DNA of 42,442 nt from Ignavibacteria bacterium (GTDB lineage: Bacteria > Bacteroidota > Ignavibacteria > Ignavibacteriales > Ignavibacteriaceae). The position numbers and the translations under genes were made by a program. The stretch spans positions 1 to 42,442 of the forward strand of contig JASFSF010000001.1 in the NCBI GenBank assembly GCA_050114555.1, written 5' to 3'. Positions 13,975-20,783 of the stretch are shown here, in pieces. Numbering within the stretch: position 1 is the first letter of the stretch; each line of letters begins with the position of its first letter. Below the pieces are notes generated by a model that made no database searches, was not told the origin of the DNA, and saw only the letters and a program-made list of their open reading frames with translations.

Positions 13975-13988
13975 CCAGCCGAAGCTAG
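13975..13988 (-). terminator. intrinsic terminator CUAGC-UUCG-GCUGG followed by a U-rich tract
   Basis: The stem includes the TAG stop of 13985..14164 and one G-U pair. Followed by TTCTTACCCTTTATTTTTTT on the minus strand. Confidence 0.6.
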
Positions 13989-14164
13989 TCCTCAAAAAGC
14001 CATTCTTCTGTATAGTATTTGTCTGTATTATACAGTTTATTCTCGTTTGAGAATTGGGCATCTTTTTCAGCACCTTCTTTAGTTTTATGTATTGCTGAAA
14101 CTCTAGGTTTTTGTCCCTCTTCTTTGTATATTACTACAAAGACCGTTTTTTGTTTAGTTACCAT
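13985..14164 (-). CDS. small protein (59 aa, MVTKQKTVFVVIYKEEGQKPRVSAIHKTKEGAEKDAQF...)
   Basis: Hand translation, 60 codons. The start overlaps the upstream stop (ATGGTAACTAA). Confidence 0.55.
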   Translation of the reverse strand: MVTKQKTVFVVIYKEEGQKPRVSAIHKTKEGAEKDAQFSNENKLYNTDKYYTEEWLFED

Positions 14165-14246
14165 AGTTCACCAGAGTTGCGATATGACATGTAATTGCAG
14201 CCATTGCTACAATATAAGTAATTGTAACAACATTTCTAATACACAT
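14154..14246 (-). CDS. 30-aa hydrophobic micropeptide (MCIRNVVTITYIVAMAAITCHIATLVNYGN)
   Basis: Hand translation verified codon by codon; 1-nt spacer from the upstream stop. Confidence 0.4.
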   Translation of the reverse strand: MCIRNVVTITYIVAMAAITCHIATLVNYGN

Positions 14247-14247
14247 G

Positions 14248-14343
14248 CTAGTCTCCATAAACAACCAGAGCAGCAACAATGCGCTCCGGTACTTGAGGTT
14301 TCTGCTTTGTATCTGCTTTGACTTTGATGTTGTAACGTTTCAT
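14248..14343 (-). CDS. 31-aa basic micropeptide (MKRYNIKVKADTKQKPQVPERIVAALVVYGD)
   Basis: Hand translation; the ATG directly abuts the upstream stop (TAAATG). Confidence 0.4.
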   Translation of the reverse strand: MKRYNIKVKADTKQKPQVPERIVAALVVYGD

Positions 14344-14571
14344 TTAAAACTCCATGTTGATTTTTACATTGCTGTGCTGAATGCTCACTAGATTACGGAG
14401 CAAAGACTTGGTTTCGGAAAGAGGCATATGGATGTTTTTGGCAAGCATGACAATGCTATGCCGTTTACCATAGATGTTACAACAGAGTTGGCCATCAGAG
14501 CCGTAGTAGGCTCTGATAGACGGATACCGCTGGATGAGATCAATTGCAGTCATGAGCTTTTTTCCATTCAT
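14344..14571 (-). CDS. hypothetical protein (about 69-75 aa; start at 14571 or 14553)
   Basis: Track ORF 14344..14622 trimmed to internal ATGs that overlap the end of the upstream gene. Confidence 0.5.
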   Translation of the reverse strand: MNGKKLMTAIDLIQRYPSIRAYYGSDGQLCCNIYGKRHSIVMLAKNIHMPLSETKSLLRNLVSIQHSNVKINMEF

Positions 14572-14806
14572 TGAAGGCTTTGAGTGTTTTGATACCGCTA
14601 AGTTCTTTACGGATATCGTCATAGGCTTTCTGGTAGCCAGCAGCAGTAAATGCTACTGAACCAGCTTTGAACTGCACACCTTTGAGCGTATAGTGCTTGC
14701 TCTTAAGGTATGCAGGAATATCATTGGCACTCATTTGAGTAGCCAAGAATGTACCGAGGTTGACGGATTGTTCGACAGTTGCTTTGATGCGTTGAATTTG
14801 TGACAT
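14540..14806 (-). CDS. hypothetical protein (88 aa)
   Basis: Track ORF; TAATG coupling with 14806..15039. Confidence 0.6.
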   Translation of the reverse strand: MSQIQRIKATVEQSVNLGTFLATQMSANDIPAYLKSKHYTLKGVQFKAGSVAFTAAGYQKAYDDIRKELSGIKTLKAFNEWKKAHDCN

Positions 14807-15039
14807 TAGAGTGCTCCGAGGAGTGTTTCTTGAGTCTTAGTGACTTCATCATGCTTGATATCTTTTGTTTTGATATCAGAGATGTAATCGGCAGTAGTTT
14901 GAGCTGAAGAGATTTCCAGCTTGAGAGCCATGTTTTTATCAAGACCACGCATAGTCTTTGTAGAGGAGAGCTCTTTGATGAGAAACTTGAGTGCGAAGTA
15001 AGCTGCTACTGCAACGATTGCAATGATGACGATTTCCAT
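14806..15039 (-). CDS. N-terminally anchored membrane protein (77 aa)
   Basis: Track ORF. TM segment IVIIAIVAVAAYFALKFLI. First gene of the higher-GC cassette. Confidence 0.55.
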   Translation of the reverse strand: MEIVIIAIVAVAAYFALKFLIKELSSTKTMRGLDKNMALKLEISSAQTTADYISDIKTKDIKHDEVTKTQETLLGAL

Positions 15040-15120
15040 AGGTGGAACCCTTTATGATGTGATGATTGGTACTTGCGATACCTCGCTATACAAAAGAGAG
15101 CGAAGCTCTAGAGCTATGGC

Positions 15121-15229
15121 AGAGATGAGCCTGTTACTTGATAGTGTGTGGGAAAATGCTTGGAAAAAAGAATGCTTAGATTTAGACTACGGGGGGGTAG
15201 TCACTTCGAGATGCTAGAGTGTGGGGGAA
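15121..15229. repeat. right cluster of boxes: AGAGATGAG (15121-15129), AGTGTGTGGGAAAA (15143-15156), GAGATGCTAGAGTGTGGGGGAA (15208-15229)
   Basis: Read directly; same orientation as the left cluster at 13921-13956. Confidence 0.7.
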
Positions 15230-15254
15230 CTGTCCTCACCACAAAAATTATATT

Positions 15255-15311
15255 TTCACATGTGAAGTTTGCTTAAAGTTTTCTTAAGTATATTACATCT
15301 TACTATAGTAA
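15255..15311. promoter_or_regulatory. two perfect 12-bp palindromes (TTCACATGTGAA 15255-15266; TTACTATAGTAA 15300-15311) around the -10-like TATATT (15289-15294)
   Basis: Read directly. TTAAGTATATT resembles the TTAAGTATAAT promoter cores elsewhere on the plus strand. Confidence 0.35.
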
Positions 15312-15362
15312 TTTTATTTATGTTTAAGCCCGTATTAGTTATACTTTGTAATAAGGATGTTA

Positions 15363-15593
15363 ATGACCAATAGAAAAATTTATAATATATTTACACCTAG
15401 CTATGCTACCAAACCACTAGATTTATATATTATTAAAAATAATAGACCATTTGAGTTATATATAAATATTATTAATAATGTAATATACCTATATCTAGAT
15501 AGGGAAAATATGCTAGAATATAATGAACATCTAGATGGTATACCATTAGATAAAGATGAAGCAAGCAAATTATATCCGGAGTATTTTATATGA
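15363..15593 (+). CDS. YPEYFI-tail paralog 1 (76 aa; alternative ATG at 15357)
   Basis: Track ORF. AAGGA lies about 5 nt upstream of the ATG at 15363. C-terminus EASKLYPEYFI. Confidence 0.6.
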   Translation: MTNRKIYNIFTPSYATKPLDLYIIKNNRPFELYINIINNVIYLYLDRENMLEYNEHLDGIPLDKDEASKLYPEYFI

Positions 15594-15811
15594 ATCAGTA
15601 TATATTTATAGAAAATGATGTACATCTAGTTTATGATATTCAACGACTAGAAGCAGATAAGTTTACCGAACCATTTAAGTATAGAGGTTCATGCGAATTA
15701 ACATATTTAAATAGAAACGGATCAGGTTTTAGTAAACGTATAGAAATAGAAAATCCTGATATAATGAGTTATGAAGAAGCGTTAGACAAGTACCCTGAAT
15801 ATTTTATATAA
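15590..15811 (+). CDS. YPEYFI-tail paralog 2 (73 aa)
   Basis: Track ORF; ATGA overlap. C-terminus SYEEALDKYPEYFI. Confidence 0.65.
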   Translation: MNQYIFIENDVHLVYDIQRLEADKFTEPFKYRGSCELTYLNRNGSGFSKRIEIENPDIMSYEEALDKYPEYFI

Positions 15812-15821
15812 AGGAAGTAAT

Positions 15822-16031
15822 ATGTATGATTTTGGTAAAACAATTTATGATGATAGAGAATTTATGGAAGCTATGAAATCCTATACTATGTATAAAACAG
15901 AAGAGGAAGTATTATTAGAATATTATAAATGTCCAGATAATGATGGTACTATATGGACACAAATAATGTTAGCAGGTATACTAGGTAGTAGAGAAGAAGC
16001 GATAAATAAATATCCAGAGGTATTCATATGA
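15822..16031 (+). CDS. YPEYFI-tail paralog 3 (69 aa)
   Basis: Track ORF. C-terminus SREEAINKYPEVFI. Confidence 0.65.
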   Translation: MYDFGKTIYDDREFMEAMKSYTMYKTEEEVLLEYYKCPDNDGTIWTQIMLAGILGSREEAINKYPEVFI

Positions 16032-16225
16032 AAGATGATCAACTAGTTTGGTATTATGAGGGTAAAGTATGCGAAGTGATACATTGTAATTGGAATGGAT
16101 TAGACCAGCATTGGTTTGTACAACTAGTTACAGGATATGGTAGAGGAGATATGTTTGTAAGTGATACAAATGAGTCAATGACTTATGAAGAAATGAAAGA
16201 ACGATATCCAGAATATCTAATATAA
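16028..16225 (+). CDS. YPEYFI-tail paralog 4 (65 aa)
   Basis: Track ORF; ATGA overlap. C-terminus TYEEMKERYPEYLI. Confidence 0.65.
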   Translation: MKDDQLVWYYEGKVCEVIHCNWNGLDQHWFVQLVTGYGRGDMFVSDTNESMTYEEMKERYPEYLI

Positions 16226-16238
16226 TAAAGGAGTTTAT

Positions 16239-16379
16239 ATGAAGTCAAAAGGTAGACGTAAAAGTACGAAATCACCTAAGCTTAGACAAGAGATGAAGAG
16301 AATAGCAGAATCTCAAAAAGTGTATAAGAAGGATATTACAGACTATTATGATCCTAAAGAATTCTTTGGTAAACGCTAA
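16239..16379 (+). CDS. 46-aa highly basic protein (MKSKGRRKSTKSPKLRQEMKR...)
   Basis: Hand translation; AAAGGAG RBS; TAATG coupling to the next gene. Confidence 0.5.
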   Translation: MKSKGRRKSTKSPKLRQEMKRIAESQKVYKKDITDYYDPKEFFGKR

Positions 16380-16681
16380 TGTTTAAAGAATTTTGTAAAT
16401 CCATATCAAATTTGTGGAAATTTCGTAAAGTTATTTGGAGATGGCGGTGGTATGATTATAGCTATCAACTAGATATAATAGTGAGTCAGTTAAAGTTATT
16501 AGATAAGAAATGGGGTAAAGATACACATTATTTAGGTGATGCCTTTACAGCTAAACGAATTAAAGTGATACTAAAATACTATGAAGAATATGAAAATACT
16601 TATGATATAGTAGAAGAGCATAAAGCACTACAAAAATTCCTGAAAGCGTATGCTAGGTTATTACCTAGATTATGGGATTAA
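16379..16681 (+). CDS. hypothetical protein (100 aa)
   Basis: Track ORF. Confidence 0.65.
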   Translation: MFKEFCKSISNLWKFRKVIWRWRWYDYSYQLDIIVSQLKLLDKKWGKDTHYLGDAFTAKRIKVILKYYEEYENTYDIVEEHKALQKFLKAYARLLPRLWD

Positions 16682-17083
16682 ATGTTTAAAGTTTCTACTA
16701 AGACGCTAAATACTCGTGAAGGTATTCTGTATGTACTACTTGTAAAACTTGAGGATAAAGACCTAGTTAAAATAGGTATAACTACAAGACCTAAAATAGA
16801 AGATAGAGTAGTAGAGATATTAACTAGTATATTTCAAAAATATAGAAGATTTCCTTACTGTTATCCGAAAAGATTTAAAAAGACTAGTAATCCTCTAGAT
16901 AAAGAAACTAGATTACATAAGTATTTTGAAGATTATAAGTATACTACAGAACATTCGTTTAGTGGGCATACTGAATTTTTTGATATAGAACTAGATATTG
17001 TAGTAGATGCTTATGATAAGTTATTAAGAGGGGAAGAGCTTGCTGAAAAATATGAGAGTGGACAAGAACCAGATATGGATTGA
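16682..17083 (+). CDS. T5orf172/MUG113-type (GIY-YIG superfamily) domain protein
   Basis: GILYVLLV ... LVKIGITTRP ... R ... E ... LHKYF ... GHTEFF matches the T5orf172 motif order. Confidence 0.55.
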   Translation: MFKVSTKTLNTREGILYVLLVKLEDKDLVKIGITTRPKIEDRVVEILTSIFQKYRRFPYCYPKRFKKTSNPLDKETRLHKYFEDYKYTTEHSFSGHTEFFDIELDIVVDAYDKLLRGEELAEKYESGQEPDMD

Positions 17084-17264
17084 TGATGAAGATGAGTATT
17101 TAAGCACTAAAATACAATTAGATAATGAAGAATATTGGCATCTACCAAAAGATTTTTATTTACCTTATGAGTGGCAAGAAATAATTATAAAGAAAGTCAG
17201 ACTAAAAAATAGATTAAGAAAGCTTAAAGAAAAAATTAGTTATGATAACAATGTAGCCGATTAG
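17052..17264 (+). CDS. hypothetical protein (about 70 aa)
   Basis: Track ORF 17040..17264 (TTG) trimmed to the first ATG. Overlaps the preceding gene's 3' end; the start is uncertain. Confidence 0.4.
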   Translation: MRVDKNQIWIDDEDEYLSTKIQLDNEEYWHLPKDFYLPYEWQEIIIKKVRLKNRLRKLKEKISYDNNVAD

Positions 17265-17293
17265 AGCATTAAGATCTCAACGTCAACGGCTAC
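17253..17293 (+). terminator. long-loop hairpin GTAGCCG ... CGGCTAC followed by a T-rich run
   Basis: 7-bp stem with a 27-nt loop spanning the stop codon at 17262-17264, followed by TTCTTCTACATTCTT. Confidence 0.3.
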
Positions 17294-17406
17294 TTCTTCT
17301 ACATTCTTAAACTTCTTTTAATTACTATATTTAAACTAATCTTAAGTAATGATGTGATACGATTAGGTAAATTAACGTAAACAAACTTACTAATATAAGA
17401 GGAAAT

Positions 17407-18141
17407 ATGGATATAGTTAAGACTATTACAAAAGAAGACCTACAGAAAGCACTACCTTCCAGAAAAAATGCTATTACAGATGAGATTGCTGAAATTATAA
17501 ATAGATCTGTACATGAACCAGAATTTCAAGGAGTACCACTTCTAGATACAGCTATTACATATGAAAAAGTAATGACGCAAAATAGAGCTAGTATCAAAGA
17601 ATATTTAAGAGCTTTGAAATTTTGTGCTTACCTAGTTTCGATGGATGATAACTTTACAGAAGCATATAAAAGAGCATTTGCTGATAGAGATTTTGTAAAA
17701 GAAAGATTAAATGTAAGTACTAACTCAACTAAATATAATGAATTAACTAGTGCTGCCTCTAGATATAGGAAAAGTAAATTAGTTGTAGATATTTTAACTA
17801 TGAGTCAAGTACCACTAGATCTAATGTTTACTGGAGCTAGATATAAGGCAGTAGGTGTATTAGCAGAACTGATGGTTACAGCAAAACTAGATAGGGATAA
17901 GATTAATGCTGCCAAAGAGTTATTAGCAGCTACTAAAGGTCCAGAAGAAGTTAAGATGGAACTAGATGTTGGAGAACGTACTGCAAATCTGCAACAGCAA
18001 CTATCTACACAATTAATGGAAAGTGTAGCACTACAGAAGAAAATGCTTGAAGCAGGTGTAGGATTTGAGGAAGCTACTAAGCTAAATATTAAATTGAAAT
18101 CTAATGATGAATTTGAAGAGGCAGAGGTGATTGATGGCTAA
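17407..18141 (+). CDS. putative terminase small subunit (positional call only)
   Basis: 244-aa helical/coiled protein immediately upstream of the TerL region. No diagnostic motif recognised. Confidence 0.35.
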   Translation: MDIVKTITKEDLQKALPSRKNAITDEIAEIINRSVHEPEFQGVPLLDTAITYEKVMTQNRASIKEYLRALKFCAYLVSMDDNFTEAYKRAFADRDFVKERLNVSTNSTKYNELTSAASRYRKSKLVVDILTMSQVPLDLMFTGARYKAVGVLAELMVTAKLDRDKINAAKELLAATKGPEEVKMELDVGERTANLQQQLSTQLMESVALQKKMLEAGVGFEEATKLNIKLKSNDEFEEAEVIDG

Positions 18142-18352
18142 AGGAAATATTATGCAAAATAAATATATTGGTAAAGTTATGGATATTCCTGGTATAGGAG
18201 AAGTAACTATTATTGAAGAATTGGATGATTGTTATGTAGTATCTGCAATTCGCTCAGAAGATGAACCGGGAGATAACTTCCGGATAGCTGGAAGAAATGG
18301 TAGAAGTTCTTGGAATGTGCTTTATATAGATAAGAAGGTAATTGATGGCTAA
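18134..18352 (+). CDS. hypothetical protein (72 aa) wedged between the TerS-like and TerL genes
   Basis: Track ORF (ATG at 18134). Both of its junctions carry the same 18-nt string AGGTRATTGATGGCTAAA. Confidence 0.55.
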   Translation: MAKGNIMQNKYIGKVMDIPGIGEVTIIEELDDCYVVSAIRSEDEPGDNFRIAGRNGRSSWNVLYIDKKVIDG

Positions 18353-20069
18353 AAAATTTAAAAAAGGCTATTTCAATGTAGATCATGCCTTAGATTCAAT
18401 GGATATGGAATTCACTAACTATACCCCTAGTTTAGAGGCATTAGAGTTCTTCGCCATTATTAAAGTATTTTATGGTGAAGATTTTGAAATACCTAATAGT
18501 AAGTTTCATTATTTTATTGTAGATATGCTATTTGGTAATGTGGATGAAAAAGATTTTCCTTATAGTGATGAAATAAACGCAAATATCCCTATTAATCCTA
18601 GCCGTATTGGTGTAATTGCTGCTCGTGGTAGTGCCAAATCTACTATTACTACTACTTTTTATCCAATATATTGTGCAATAAAAGGGGAAACTCCTCTTAT
18701 CAAAAATATTAGTCATATGCTTATTTTAAGTGATAGCCAACAAGGTGGTGCTAGAGATCAAGCTAAACTACTTGCAGGTGAGTTTGAGAAAAGTGTATTT
18801 GCTAAAGAGTATTTCGAAAAAATGAGGTTTACTGAGAGTGAAGCAGAACTAGTGAGATCCGGCAGTGGCCCTATTGAAAAAAGACATATATTAATAAAAT
18901 TTAAGGGGGCTATGACCGGGGGGATTCGTTCTGGTTCTAGAAATCCTATAACTAGAGACCGATATGCAATTATTATTGGGGATGACGTTATTAAAAATGA
19001 AGCAGATGCTTATTCAGAAACTATCATGAAAAATGTTAAAACTGCATTATTCTCAGATGCTTTGAATGCAATGAGAGGTAAAAATACACAACTAGTATTG
19101 ATTAATACACCATTCCGTAAAGCTGATCCTATTTATACTGCCTTAGAAAGTGGAGTATTTACTCCTCTTGCTGCTCCTATATGTAAGAAAATTTATGAAG
19201 ATATGCCTAAAGAAGAGTTTAAAGGTTTATGGACTGCTATGCATGATTATGATGCAGTTATGGAACGATATTTGAATGCTATTGGTAATCATACGGCTAG
19301 AGAATTCAGTCAAGAGTTGATGCTGAGAGTATCTAGCGAAGAAGATAAATTAGTACAAGATGATCAGATACAATGGTATGATAGAAGTGTGATTAAAAAG
19401 AATTTAGATTACTATAATTTATACGCTACTACTGACTATACTGCAAGTAATGACTTAAAAGGGGACTTTAGTTGTACGATGTTGTGGGCTGTAAGTAATA
19501 ATAATGATTGGTTTATGCTAGATTTAAGTATAAAAAAGCAAACAATTACTGATCAATATAAGCCATTATTTAAAATGATCAATCAATGGGGATCTAAAAA
19601 TTCTAGGCATGTATATGTAGGTGTTGAGATTGACGGACAGCAGCAATTAAATTTGCATACATTAAAAAAGATGATGTTAGAGCATAATACTTTCTTTAGT
19701 TTTGCTAGGCAGATTGGGGCAAGTATAACACAGGAAGGAATTAGGAGAAAAGGTAAAGGAAATAAACATGAACATTTCATGAGAGTACACCCTTTATTTC
19801 AAGAACATAAAGTTTATTTACCTGAAGATTTGAAAAATACACCTGATATGAAAGAATTATTAGAAGAGTTAAACTATGTGACATATTCAGGAATTGCTGC
19901 TAAGCATGATGATGCTATAGATTGCATAAGTATGATTTCTAGTTTAGATGTGTTGTTACCTAGCGCAGAAAGCAATAAAGAATTTCTAGAAGACCATTCG
20001 AATAGCAGTATATGGGAGATGGATTTTGAGGATAATGAGTTTAGTAACAATAAAAGTACAATTTTTTAG
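18345..20069 (+). CDS. terL: terminase large subunit
   Basis: Walker A-like GVIAARGSAKST, Walker B-like YAIIIGDDV, C-terminal nuclease-type AAKHDDAIDC. 574 aa. Confidence 0.8.
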   Translation: MAKKFKKGYFNVDHALDSMDMEFTNYTPSLEALEFFAIIKVFYGEDFEIPNSKFHYFIVDMLFGNVDEKDFPYSDEINANIPINPSRIGVIAARGSAKSTITTTFYPIYCAIKGETPLIKNISHMLILSDSQQGGARDQAKLLAGEFEKSVFAKEYFEKMRFTESEAELVRSGSGPIEKRHILIKFKGAMTGGIRSGSRNPITRDRYAIIIGDDVIKNEADAYSETIMKNVKTALFSDALNAMRGKNTQLVLINTPFRKADPIYTALESGVFTPLAAPICKKIYEDMPKEEFKGLWTAMHDYDAVMERYLNAIGNHTAREFSQELMLRVSSEEDKLVQDDQIQWYDRSVIKKNLDYYNLYATTDYTASNDLKGDFSCTMLWAVSNNNDWFMLDLSIKKQTITDQYKPLFKMINQWGSKNSRHVYVGVEIDGQQQLNLHTLKKMMLEHNTFFSFARQIGASITQEGIRRKGKGNKHEHFMRVHPLFQEHKVYLPEDLKNTPDMKELLEELNYVTYSGIAAKHDDAIDCISMISSLDVLLPSAESNKEFLEDHSNSSIWEMDFEDNEFSNNKSTIF

Positions 20070-20129
20070 TTAAGAAAATATTAAGCAATTACTAGGTATA
20101 ATATAGCATTAAATCTGTAAAGGCAATAT

Positions 20130-20783
20130 ATGACAGCAAATGAAGTAGTTACCTTAGCAAAAGCTGGTGTATTACGTCAATTAAGTACGTCTATTAAAGA
20201 TGATACAGATGTGCTCATTGGATTTATAAATTTAGGTATAACTGAGATCTATAAAAGATTTGTATTAAAGACCGAAGAAGCTTTGGTAACTTTACGTGAT
20301 GGTAAAACAATCTATGCATTAGACGGTACAGATTCTGATGTAGAGATGAATGATAACTTTATGTACTTAATTGCTGCTTATGGAGATAATAATGAGGATG
20401 ATTACAGTTCAGATGATCTAGTTCTCCCTATTAACTCTGAAGATGATTTATATAGTATTAACATGATTAGTTATAACCAAGTACAGATCCCTTTAATTAC
20501 TGAAGGAGCATATGTTAGTTTAATTTATGCGGCTAGACCTACAAAAGTAACTACACTAACTTTAGATGAAGAACTAGATATGCCAGATCAATTTGTAAAA
20601 CCTTTACTTGAATATATTGGTTATGAAGCACATGCTGGCATGAATGATAATGCAAACTTAGAGAGTAATGTACATTATCAAAGATTTGAGACTGCATGTA
20701 ATATAGTTAGAGAATATGGAATTGGTATTGCTCCTGATGATATCTCAATGGGCAGTAGATTAGATAAAAGAGGTTTTGTATGA
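20130..20783 (+). CDS. virion structural protein, possibly head-tail adaptor-like (217 aa)
   Basis: Track ORF between TerL and the long fibre gene. Positional inference only. Confidence 0.35.
   Translation: MTANEVVTLAKAGVLRQLSTSIKDDTDVLIGFINLGITEIYKRFVLKTEEALVTLRDGKTIYALDGTDSDVEMNDNFMYLIAAYGDNNEDDYSSDDLVLPINSEDDLYSINMISYNQVQIPLITEGAYVSLIYAARPTKVTTLTLDEELDMPDQFVKPLLEYIGYEAHAGMNDNANLESNVHYQRFETACNIVREYGIGIAPDDISMGSRLDKRGFV

Noticed and set aside
13801-14321. ORFs 13801..14073 (minus) and 14019..14321 (plus)
   Set aside because: The first runs through the terminator and the GTGTGGG repeats downstream of the cassette. The second is antisense to three tightly coupled small genes. Both translations are Cys/Ser/Phe-rich junk.
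15023-15625. ORFs 15023..15217 (plus) and 15401..15625 (minus)
   Set aside because: The first overlaps the cassette start and the repeat boxes and has no RBS. The second is antisense to paralog 1 and has a low-complexity translation.
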